Made by a program: the position numbers and the translations under genes. Of a stretch of 64,000 nt of DNA, positions 28,279 through 39,712 are shown one piece after another (the stretch's first letter is position 1; each line of letters starts with the position of its first letter). The DNA lies in the NCBI RefSeq assembly GCF_018977255.1, contig NW_024704742.1, positions 83,516,001-83,580,000 on the forward strand. Reading direction: 5' to 3'. Below the pieces are notes generated by a model. It ran no database searches, was not told the origin of the DNA, and saw only the letters and a list, made by a program, of their open reading frames with translations. This stretch comes from Callorhinchus milii (taxonomy: Eukaryota).

Positions 28279-29653
28279 ACCTCGAAAAACAATAAATTAG
28301 ATGAGACTATCACAATAGCTCCTGGACCTAATCTTACATTGTCAGGCACAATCAAGTTCTCAAGTAACAAATGCTCAGCACATGAACATAGGGACCAAAC
28401 ACTCTTACCAGTATCAATTCCAGACAAATAACTACCTTTCTTCTACAGGTCAGAAGAAAATGAGTCTGTGCCTTTGAAAATCCCTAAGCACACAGTTTGT
28501 TTTTTGAAGTACATCTTAAAATATCATCTGTGATAAAGCCCTTTTATTTAATAGTCACAGTTCTTCCTTTTTAAAAAGGATGTCAATGTTTTTCTAAATC
28601 CTATCACAAAATAAAGAGTTATCAAATTAACTTTAGGTTTGCCTTTAAATCACCTTGTTACTCATTTTAACACCCAATTTCAGTGTAAACATCTACGAAT
28701 TCCAGAACAAGCAGTAAAAATTGTTTCATCAAACAGCTTCTTCTCTGCCCCCCATCCTCCGCTCCACATACAGCCACTTGCAGCGTTGCTCAGGGCACTA
28801 ACCTCACTCCTCTCCTCTTCGTTATTTACATGGTCCCACTCAGTAACACTCAGTAACACTATCTGCAGACATGAGGTTCACTCCCACGTGTACGTGGATG
28901 ACATCCCACTCTCTGTAAATCCATCTCAGAGTCCTTCCGGCACCCTCCACCCTCATCTCACGCAAGGTCCATCTCAAGATCTCTTTGATTCCACTTTTGG
29001 TTATCTTTCTCATGCCCGCATCCACCCTCCCCAAGCTCGTGCGCCCAGCCAGCAGTTTTAAGAGCATTGAAATGTCCTCCAGAAATGTTTACGTAACAAG
29101 GATCATTACTTTGCACTACAGTGCATATTGCTTCAGTTCTCAGGTTCAGTCACTAGGTGGTGATATTGCTAACAAATCTACATCCTTACTCAAGTAGGAT
29201 GTCAGTAGCACAATATTAATGGCAGTGTACATTAAGAAATACTTTCCTACCTGGGTCCATCCTCTCCAGTTTCACTTCACATGTAACTGGGCTTAACCTT
29301 CTTGTGAGATAACATTAAACCCAAGCAGTCCATAATATTGCAGAATGGAGTTTAAAGTTACATCCAAATTGACAGCAGAACACATCTCTGATGAGTTCCA
29401 GGTATTCACACACTCAATGCACACTAAACCTGACCCTTGTCAAGGGCTTTGTTAGCACATGAAATATAGCTGCCTTAATGGTTAGAAGTGGTAACGTTTA
29501 CCTATGAATGCAGTTCCCTAAACACAGAAATTATAATATCCCATAAGCATTGAAATAATCCCAATATCACTCATTTTGGGGAAAGCAAAAGTAGTTCCAA
29601 AGTAAACATAGGAATTAAACTTTAAAGAAAAGGATAATGGATACTGAACCTAC

Positions 29654-29847
29654 CAAGATTTGGGCTCTCCAAAATGTAGGTAGTTGATGCTGTAAAGATC
29701 CATGTCCTCAGTATGCCAAGCAAAAGTGGTTTTCCACATGCCAAAATACAGATATGGTGTGTTCACTCCTTCAATGGCAATGCCACTTTCTTCTGCTACG
29801 ACATCAAGAATTGTGTTCAGTCGAGTGATATTCCATTCATCGATATC
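29654..29847 (-). CDS. KDM4C: KDM4C coding exon D (JmjC, H-x-E iron ligands): [64 protein letters not shown](W)
   Basis: 194 nt, tttttag acceptor, gtagg donor; invariant KDM4 motif [27 protein letters not shown]. Confidence 0.97.
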
Positions 29848-31505
29848 CTAAAAACAATTAAATATGAATAAAATATCAGAGAAAGTACAGCATTAACTCA
29901 AGTGTAAACTCTTTAATGCTGTTTTGTTCAATCACTGAATAAACTCAGTGACGTTAATGAGAAAACTTAGTTCGATCACCATCTTAATGAAAAGTTGAAG
30001 ATTGCACAAAGCTATCAGTTCAAAAAATTTCAAAATGTACCTCGCTGCAGAGCAAATACAGATCACATAAAGTCTCTGATTGTGGTGCCACTACCGTTGA
30101 CACTGCTACCCTAGGTGGAAGGAAGGAAGTCTGGAATCCCAAGATCTCTGCATAAGTCATCCACATTAGTCTGGACAGAAGGTTCGATCTCAGCCCTGAC
30201 ACTTCATGGTAAAATAGCCCATTAAAACACACTGTCTCTGCTCATGAAAACTACCACCAGGAGCAGGAATCAAAAGAATGCACATCCCAACAGAGTCATA
30301 CTCTCATGTCAAACTTCAACAGAGGGAGCAATCATCAGCATAAAATAGGGACAAAATAGTAGCTACTCAGTCCTACACACTTATCATGTCCAGGTTTGAT
30401 TATGCCAACACTCTGCTCGCTTGACTCCCCAGATCTTCCGTACACAAACTACAGACTATCCAGAACTCTGCAGCCTGGATCTTCTCCCGCACCAGACTCC
30501 GGCAGCTTATCACCTTCATTCTCACGTGGCTCCACTGGCTCCCCATCCCTCAGCGGATCGAGTTCAAGATCCTCTTTCTCCCGTTCAAATCCTCCACGGT
30601 CTCGCTCCTTAGAGCTGAACTGGCTCCAAAGTGACTTGTTGATCAAAGGAATGAATTCCATTCAATCACGTTGGACAAGCTCAGCTCCAAGACCCTCTAC
30701 TAGGTCAATGGTATAGAAAAGTATAAAAGTAACAATTTATAGCGGCATATGATACATTATGTGATATGTGATTTTGTTTTGATTGCTGAGCTGGATGTCT
30801 GACATACGTAGGTTGACTCAATTCCAACATTCCGATACCAAGTATGTCACCTTGGAGCTCGGGCAAGCCCAAGCACAAGCTATTAGTACATTAGTTATGT
30901 CATAAATATAAAGTACCATCCATATACCTGATCCTCAATTTTTTTTAACCCTTTGCAACACCCCAAGGTTTGATGAGCTTTCAGTGTTGAATCAATGTAG
31001 AAGCAAATACAAAGTTAGAGGAAGGAGGTATGTTGCAGTCCATACTCCAGAAAGTATATTCAAGGTCAGTTTGTCATGAGAATATAATGAAGAGAACATG
31101 GAATTTGGTGGCAGAAGGAAAAAGTCACATTGTAGCATGCTTCACGTGCTTCAATATTGTATGAATGCACTTATTACGCAGATGCACTGTGGACCCCAAT
31201 CACTGGACATGCACAGCCAGCTTACTCACTTCCCACAGGAAACAGGAATGGCATTTTAAAGGCCACTTAATGAGCCATAAATTGATCATTTTGGCGCAAA
31301 GTTGGCTGGCTTGAAGGAAGTGAGGACCAGGGAATGCTAATTCCTAATGAATACGGTCCACAGTCCAACCAGATTATAAGTGAATGTTTGCTATAGTGAA
31401 GCGTATTATAGCGGAGATGCACTATACATTAAATTAATTAAACATTAAATAATGTTTGTGAGTGCAACTAAGTACCAGAAAGATTTATTTCCACAAAAAA
31501 CTCAC

Positions 31506-31620
31506 TTCATCATAGAGACTGCCACTGACATCTGCTCCATAGATTGGTGCTACAAAGGTCAGATTCTTCCAATATTTACGCTCAAGATCTTCATAATCCT
31601 GGTAGCGAGGAGTGCAGTAT
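31506..31620 (-). CDS. KDM4C: KDM4C coding exon C: (K)[38 protein letters not shown]
   Basis: 115 nt, ag/gtgag sites, phase compatible with exon B; KDM4 motif [11 protein letters not shown]. Confidence 0.96.
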
Positions 31621-31899
31621 CTGCTTTTAAATAGTCACAAATCAAAATTATCACTTTGAAATTCGAAGCTTTTCCATGCTAATATCTTAAGAACACTAAA
31701 TATATATTACCACTCTGTCTTTACATGGGAGAAATTGGGAGTGTTTCATAACCCCCTTGTGTGATATTTGCATTAAACTGAATACATTACAAAATATTGC
31801 AAACGTCTTGCCATTTGATAATCACCACCAGGATCAGCAAAGCCCCTCCCTACCTTACTCATGTTGAGATCCGCTGTTTTACCAACTTCCCTGCACAAT

Positions 31900-32480
31900 C
31901 TTGCATATTATCAAAGAATTACTAATATGGTTGCATAGAGTATTAGTCAGACCTTATTTGGAGTATTCTGTTCAATTTTGGACGGTCAACCTTAGGAGGG
32001 ATACACAGGCTTTGGAAGGCATCCAGCAATGGTTAACCACATTAATACCTGGGATGAAGCAGCTTAGTAATGATGAAAGGCTGGGTAAGCTTGTGATATA
32101 TTGCCGAGATGTGAAGAAATTAAGGGGTATTCTTATTGAGAAAACTGAAAAGGGACTGACCAGCTAGACAGGGAACTCTTGCCCCTCATAGAGGGATATA
32201 AAGCAAATTCTAAGCGAATGTTTGCTATAGTGAAGTGTATTATAGTGAACATGCACTATACTTGAATAATGATTGTGAGTGCAACTAAGTACCAGAAAGA
32301 TTTATTTCCACAAAAATCTCACTTCATCATAGAGGATGTCACCGACATTAGAACTAACCAGGTTAGTCGCCAGATCAAAAAACATTTTTTCACACAGGGT
32401 TGGCACAATTTGTGCAATTCACTGCCTTAAAATTATAGATGTAAAGATCAGGCTCGAAAGGCTGTTCCTATATCCTACTG
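31900..32480 (+). mobile_element. CR1 LINE 3' fragment carrying an inserted local duplication
   Basis: LVRPYLEYSVQFW...ERLGKL..LRGILI is the CR1 ORF2 C-terminus. Confidence 0.75.
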
Positions 32481-32527
32481 TCCCATATGAGGTGGTGGAT
32501 ATTAAAAGTGCACCTGCACCCTTGTCC

Positions 32528-32940
32528 AACTCCACTACCCCAGAGGATAGAGTTCAAAATCCTCGTCTTCACCTTCAAGGCCCTCCACAGCTTTGCTCCT
32601 TCCTACCTCTGTGACCAGCTGACCCCAAATGAACCCGGCCATTCCCTCCTCTCAGCAGCTCCGCCCGGCCCGCCTCACCATCGGCAGCCGGGCCTTCAGC
32701 CTCTCTGCCCCCACCCTTTGGAACTCCATCCCACATTCCCTTTCCCTCGCACCCTCCCCTGCCTCCTTCAAGACACACCTCAAAACCCTCCTCTTTGACC
32801 ATGCCATCGGCCACCCTCCTCTCTTGGCTGCCCTCTACCCTCCCTGATCCCAACTCCCTGTTCAGGTCAAAATATGACAGTCCAACACCTTGGGCCATCT
32901 TCTCGATGTGAAAGGCGCTAAACAAATGTAATTTTGTATT
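32528..32940 (+). mobile_element. L2 LINE 3' fragment
   Basis: QRIEFKIL...RAFSLSAPTLWNSIP...FKTHLKT; tail aaggcgctaaacaaatgtaattttg. Confidence 0.85.
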
Positions 32941-32965
32941 GTGCATTGTACTTCCATGTACAAGT

Positions 32966-33310
32966 TAATAATAATAATCCTTGATTTGATAAAGCGCTTC
33001 ACAGAATATATTGTAAAGTGAATTGATTGTATATTTTATAGGAAAAACACGGGAGTCAATTTCGCACAGCAGTGTCCCACAAACAGTCATGGCTTGAGTG
33101 ACCAAATTGTTATTTGGGGGCGAGTTTATTACCCCGAAAAAAGTGATCCCCAATCGACTAAAAACTGGTTAGTTACTGCTAGGTAAACAGAGTAACCTAC
33201 CAGTAAGTGGAATAAGGAAACTTGCCTAAGGTTTCGCCCTGCCCAGGAATCGAACTCGGTTCCTCTCGCTTGCAAGGCAAGTGCTTTAACCAATACGCTG
33301 GAGGACTCCA
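32966..33310 (-). mobile_element. tRNA-derived SINE (long variant)
   Basis: Head, body and (TTA)n tail. Confidence 0.87.
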
Positions 33311-33685
33311 CATTTAAAGATAAAATCCAGAGCAGATAACAGTTCAACACCTATAAACAACTTTCAGAACACTAGTGTCAGCAGTTGTCCATGTTTAATA
33401 TTGCTCAGCCCCAGCTTAGAAAGCATTCAATATCGGATAGTTATTGTATTTCAATTGTATTAACACATTTTTCACCAAAAATTATACAACTACAAAATTG
33501 TTGAAACTGGTTGTTCTTGATCGGATATCATTGATCGGATATGTAACTTTTAAATCTAGCAATGTGGATTGGGGGGCAAAAAAACAAGATTTAGTGAAAT
33601 ATTTTAAATACAATTTTTAGATAAAACATTTTCGCTGTATATTTTCTTCAGAACACAAAGATTAAACAGAGCAAAATATACTTAC

Positions 33686-33861
33686 TTATCACTATTCGCC
33701 AGCCTCCTGAATTCCAATACAGTCATTGGCTTTTTCTGTATGTTATACTGGGTAAAAAGGCCTGACTGACCAGTTACCATCTGTTGAATTGGAGCAGGGA
33801 TAATCAGATTGTCGATGTTATCGTAATTTCTTCTGGGTTTCCAACCTTTTGGTGGAATCAC
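33686..33861 (-). CDS. KDM4C: KDM4C coding exon [59 protein letters not shown](K)
   Basis: 176 nt, cag|GTG acceptor, AA|gtaag donor. [23 protein letters not shown] motif; QQMVTG is the KDM4C-type variant. Confidence 0.96.
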
Positions 33862-36009
33862 CTGATGAGAAAAAAATAAAAATTCCACAGGGTATTAGGC
33901 AAATCAGTGATGCCTAGATTTGTAAACACAATTTGCAACAAATCATCCTGCTGTATTTCATTATTCCACCAGTTAGAAACATAGGAGCAGTTTGGCTCAG
34001 TTGGTAGCACTCTCGCCTCTGGGTCACAAGGATTGTGGTTCAAGCCCCATGTTAATAATAATAATAATAATAATCCTTGCATTTGATATAGAGCCTCATC
34101 ACGTCTTCAAGGCCTCTCAAAGCGCTTCACAGAGTATACTGTAAAGTGAATTGACAGTATATTTTGAGCTACAGGTCTCCACGTGTTGGGATTAAGTTGA
34201 CAAATACTCCAGTTCAGTATAGTGGAAACACTGCCTTGTCTGAAGTGTTCCTTCTGTTTTTCACAAGCGATGCCAACCTGAGCTCTTGACTTCCTGTTCA
34301 GGTGGGCAATAAAGATCTCAAGACACTATTTAAAGAAAAATGAATTAAAACGAAATAAAATGGACCTTTGAATCATTAGAAAAAACTATTGACCAACAAA
34401 AGAAGGTATAATTTAGAGTAAACTAGATGCACATAAACATAAATTTGGCAGAATACCATTTGTTTTGAAATACCATACCATGGTAATTTGTTTAAATTGC
34501 ATAGTGCCAATATCATTATGATGACCTTTACTGATCAAGTAAATCAGATGATCTTTTCTGGGTAAAGGATGGCATGGATAAATTCTTAGCTTTCCATCTA
34601 ATCAATAGATTAAATTAGAACACAAGTAAAATTCCCAACATTCAATACACATCTATGTACTCCAATACCAGTCAAGTTCCCCACTTAAGTGTTCCCACTA
34701 CAACAGCTTGCATTTATATAGCCCCCTTCACACAGGGCAATGTCTCGGAGCGCTTAACAGTGGCAGAGCCTGGTCCTGGGGGGGAAGGAGGAACTGTTGG
34801 TACCGTATATTCAATAAATAATAAACTGAGCAGAGACTCCCTGTACATACTTCACTACATTTTTGAGCTGGATGTACTCTATGCTTGTCTCCAAATCTAT
34901 TCTTAATTTACCTTGGAAATAATTTCTTCACACCAAACCGCAATTAGAAGATGGGTGATAAGTTTTACAGATGATCACTGGACAGTCAGAATAAACACTA
35001 GGTTTAATGTATTTTTTATTCCAACTATGCAATGAAATTTTATCATTAAATTTCCATTTCTTGTTTACAGAATTATGAAAATAACCTTCCTATTTAAAAA
35101 ATTCTAATTATGATCCCAATGAAGATCAAATACTATTTCCCAAATGAAGCAATTTCTTGCACTATTTTATTAAACCAAATATTGTATGTTTTAATTCTCA
35201 ATAACATTTGCAAAGGACTACCAATGTTAATCCTGGTGTTTTCAACTTTGTATGATATTACAGATAAACTCTGGATGTCCTGGGAAAAACAGCTTTAAGG
35301 CTACAATTATATTCAAGAACATAATGGCACAAGTTGCAAATTACAGTCTTTTCAGTTATTGCAGTGAAATCTGATAGAAGATGTCAATGCTAGAAATATG
35401 TTTCACCTTTTGCCCACAGTCAGTATTTAACACTCAGATGTACCGGATAAATAACTAAGTTACTCATTTGGTACTATATATTCAAGGCGGATAAACAGTC
35501 AAATGCATTCCCATATTTTCATATACAGACCTTAATTTTATATTAGATAAAGTAATAATAATCTTTGCATTTGATATAGGGCCTTTTCACGTTGTTGAGA
35601 CGTCTCAAAACGCTTCACAAAATATATTGTGAAGTGGATTGACTTTGTGTTTTATGGATGAAATGTGGCAGCCAATTGTGCACAGCAGTGTCCCACAAAA
35701 TGTTATGGGTAGAGTGAACAATTTTTTTTAAAAAAAGGGATTATTACCCCCGAAAAGCAATCGGTGCCAGTCGACTAACATGTTTTGTTTATGTAGATAT
35801 ATATCAAAGATTCTTCAAAATACTGCTAAGAAAGTGAAGAGAGCCTACGCACATTATAGTAAACATTACAATGCAGAAGCAATGACTGGAGATTGTGCTC
35901 GCTTTCCAAGACTGGATAGCATTTTATGATCCCAATTACTACGCAATAATAAGGTTCTCCTCTATATAACAATTTGTTACTGGAGTGCAAAGAACCCTCT
36001 AATCATTAC

Positions 36010-36153
36010 CTTGGCAAGGCCAGCTCTGTGTGCACCTTGACACTCCATGCGTGCTATATATTTAGAGAAATGCTTGAATTCTTCCAGTGTAGGTTGAAAG
36101 GTCATAATTTTGCAAGCTGATTTTGAGGGAGAATTTGTATCTTCTGTAGCCAT
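36010..36153 (-). CDS. KDM4C: KDM4C coding exon A (exon spans 36179-36010), JmjN start: [48 protein letters not shown]
   Basis: Translation matches the KDM4 JmjN start (CKIMTF.P..EEF...GAHRAGLAK). Kozak gtcaccATGG, acceptor tttttag at 36180-36186, donor AAG|gtaatg; 144 coding nt. Confidence 0.95.
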
Positions 36154-37520
36154 GGTGACAGCAGCTCGACTCTTTTTTCCTAAAAAGATAAATGAAAAAA
36201 AAGTTATTGTTGTACCTACACAGATTAGAAATTACCATCTAGTTTTCACTGAACATTTAGGTATTTGGCAAAAAGTCCAAAACATTTCTTGGTCAAGATT
36301 TTAATCCAATATTTAATGATGTATATGTAAGATATACAGAGCTGGACACTAAGATATCATGTTTGGCCAATTGAACAATTTCAAACAGTAGAAATAGAAA
36401 CACACACTACCAACTTTGTAAACTGTTAAATGTTTCACAACTCCTTTTGCTAACCTGATCCGAAATGGTTAAAAGTGCTTCCAGAAAGATTTCTCTGTAT
36501 AATAGGTGCGAGAATATAGAATCTGTTATCTTAGAAGGTTACATATCAAGCACCAAATTGAGACATTGAAAAGGGGAGATGGAGAGTGATTTAGCAAGTA
36601 AGCCTTTTGAGGGATGTAAATGAAAAGATGCTAAAATTAGATGAAAAAAGGTTAAAGAGTTAGTATGCACAAATAACATCAAATAGGTTTATTCCATCCT
36701 TATAATCCTTCAAGTAAAACATATTTTGCTACGGATTTTGCTGCACTATTAGGACAGGTTGAAAATTTAATTCAGAAGAAAGTCAAACAAAAGTACCACA
36801 GTAATTGAAATTGGATCCAGTGTAGATATGAGGTCTCTGTGTGTTTCTCTCTCCCACTGGGTCTCTGTGTTGCCCACTTTGTGTGCAGACACACAACATT
36901 TTCATCTGACTTCAATTACTCATTAGAGTGCCAACAGGCAGATGTACAGATAAGCAGCATGTGAAAAGAGAGCAATCTACTTTTTTTTGTTACAAGTGTC
37001 ACAAATAGCAACTCCGGCCTTGTGTGTATATATATATAATATATAAAATAATATATACATAATTATTAAAAATACATTCCATTACAAAGGCCTCTTCTGA
37101 TATATTGCACTTACCATGCAGTGATCTGGAAGTAAATAATAATCCTTGCACATGACATGTTGGGGGGATGTCTTAAAGTACTTGGCAGGATTTACTGTAA
37201 ACTGCAGTAATTGTACTTTTTAAATGAATGCAGCCCACAAACAACTATGAAGTGAATGACCAATTTTCTCAGAGGTGAGAATGCTAAGATAATTAAGATA
37301 CCAAATGTCAAATTCACTTCAGTGGTGCCTCTTTGGTTTTGCCGCTAAAATTGTAACAAACCTTATACATTATGGAACCGCTTCACCATACACCACTTAC
37401 TCCACAATTAAAATTTGTATGTGTTCTGTGTGAAACATTATGTAACATTATGCACACTGACAGCGTATTCAATTAAGTCAATTTGCAGTCATAACTTCCA
37501 GTTGATGGCATGGTTTGGAT

Positions 37521-39547
37521 CGGGGTGGGCAATTATTTTGGCTGGTGGGTCACTTCACGAGGTTTGGTAAGCTTCGTGGGCCACACGCTTAATATAGATG
37601 CAAATGCTGAATAATAGCTCAAAATCAAGTCTTACACTTGTACATGCATAAAATAAAGTCTATATAATTGACATTCATTAAAATTAGGTTAAATAAAAAC
37701 AACTCATTGAATAGACATTTATTCGATATTTATTCACATATTGATGAGAATGTGAGAAGTTCACTCAATGGGAAGAATGAAAGCGCTGATATGCTTTAAC
37801 CAGACAATTGAAGTCAGGCATCGAATCCGTTGTTGCAATGCGGAGTACTGCTGCAAGGTGGTCATCAGTCATCACAGATCTGTTTTGATTTATTTAATTT
37901 AATCACAGAAAATGTCTCTTCGCATATGTATGTTGATCCAAACAGTACAAGCATCCTCCAGGCATGAGTCTTTATTTTTGGAAAGATATATTCATCAAGA
38001 GAGGCGTAAAAACTGGGAAGCGGCACTGATTTGAATTGCTCCACAAGCAATAGATCACATTGCAGGGCAATAAGCTTGAGTTGGTGGTCAAATGGGGCTT
38101 TGTCAACATCAAATGAGAAAGGTGAAGAGATCAAAGACAGGTCATTTTCGATCAAATTGAAATCCTGGAATTGGTGAGAAAATTTGGCACGCAAGTCAAG
38201 TAGTGATGAAGTATATTTTTTAAGGCTTTGATCGCAAACAGTAATCTGCTGCAAAGTTGGAAAGTGGGCGTACAACCTGTTTCCTATCTGACACAATAAA
38301 ATAAATAATTTTGTCATAAATGACTTGACACTGCAATACAAATTGTGCACAAAGGCCTCCTTTCGTTGCAGTTTTGAATTCAGTTCATTCATGTGGCCCA
38401 TGATATCAATGGCAAATGCGAAATCAGAGATCCAATTCGCATCATTCAGCTGTGAGAAATCCAAATCTTTTTGTCTCATTCCCAAAAATAATCAATCTCT
38501 GCTCTCAGTTCTCACACTCTTTTCAAGACCTTTCCTAAACTAAGCCATCGAACATTCGTGTGATACAGAACATCTGTGTGTTCGGATTCCAATTCCTCGA
38601 GCAGAGTTACAAATTGCCTGTGGTTTAAACCTCTTGCTCGAATGTAGTTGACTACTTTCGTAACTGTGTCCACGACATTGCTTAGTTTTAGAACACTCTT
38701 ACAGAGGACCACTTGGTGGACAATGCAGTGTAGAAAAACAATATTCTGTTCTGGATTTGTTTCTTTGACTTGATCTTGAATTCTTTTCATTAACCCAATA
38801 TTTTTGCCTGTCAGATTTGGGTTTCCATCGGTGGTCACATTCACCAATTTTTTCCACTCCACTCCTAATTTTAAGATACACTTATTTACTGTCTCCAAAA
38901 TGTCTTCTCCATTTGTCGTATCTTTCATTGACTGCATTGATGCCAATTCTTCTATGAGTTCAAAATGTATGGTGATACCTAGAATAAAAATTATCAACTG
39001 GGCTGTGTCTTTGACATCACATCTCTCATCGAGTGCCAGTGAAAAACGTGCAAAATTGCTTACTTTATTTTGTAACTGCACACTTCTTATTTTCTTTATT
39101 TATTTTATAATTTATTTTTATTTTATTTGTTTTATTTTCCACCCACACTGGTAAAAAAATATTTAGAAGTCCATTCTTTGTTGAACATTCGGCCTTCAGG
39201 GTCCACTTTCCGCTTCTTTGATAAACTCATTTCGAATTAACGTCCTCTTCAGTGAAAAGTATTGCCGCAGTTGCCGCTGAAAAGTATTGCCCCGGTTGCC
39301 GCGCGCACATGTTTGAAAATTTGGCGATCTGTCCATTTCTGACATCAGCCGGATTCAACACTGAAGGGAGCGCACAGCTGAGCAGTGTGATTGGCTGATG
39401 TTCCCGGTCAGATTCAAATGCAAAATTTGTGCGACTTTCTGGGACTGAACAAACGATAATTTTTTCTATTGCTAGACACAATGACGGGACGGACAGAATC
39501 ATTTGGCGGGCAGGATATGGCCCGCGGGCGTCTTTTGCCCAACCGTG
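37521..39547 (-). mobile_element. hAT DNA transposon (Charlie/SPIN/GTF2IRD2-like), internally deleted
   Basis: 8-bp TSD gtttggat (37513-37520, 39548-39555); imperfect TIRs cggggtgggcaa / ttgcccaaccgtg; transposase motifs inside. Confidence 0.93.
37790..39230 (-). pseudogene. Disrupted hAT transposase
   Basis: Starts MSLSKKRKVDPEGRMFNKEWTSKYFF (ATG 39230); after an AT-rich break reads FSLALDE, TTDG, HCIVHQ, VRWLS, FGSTYICEETFS (DDE triad, CxxH). Frameshift near 38500. Confidence 0.9.
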
Positions 39548-39712
39548 GTTTGGATGGTCACAAAATAACTATTCAAAGTTGAAATTTTTTTTAAAAAAAT
39601 GATCGTCACCTCTGAATGCCAGATTTCAAATATCATTTTCATGACAATGTCCTACCTGGCTCCAAAAAAACAAACACATGACAAAAAGCACACCTACTCT
39701 TCTGCGCCAGAA

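Noticed and set aside
37865..39081. Domesticated GTF2IRD2/ZBED-like host gene
   Set aside because: TIRs, TSD, frameshift and internal deletion show it is a decayed transposon.
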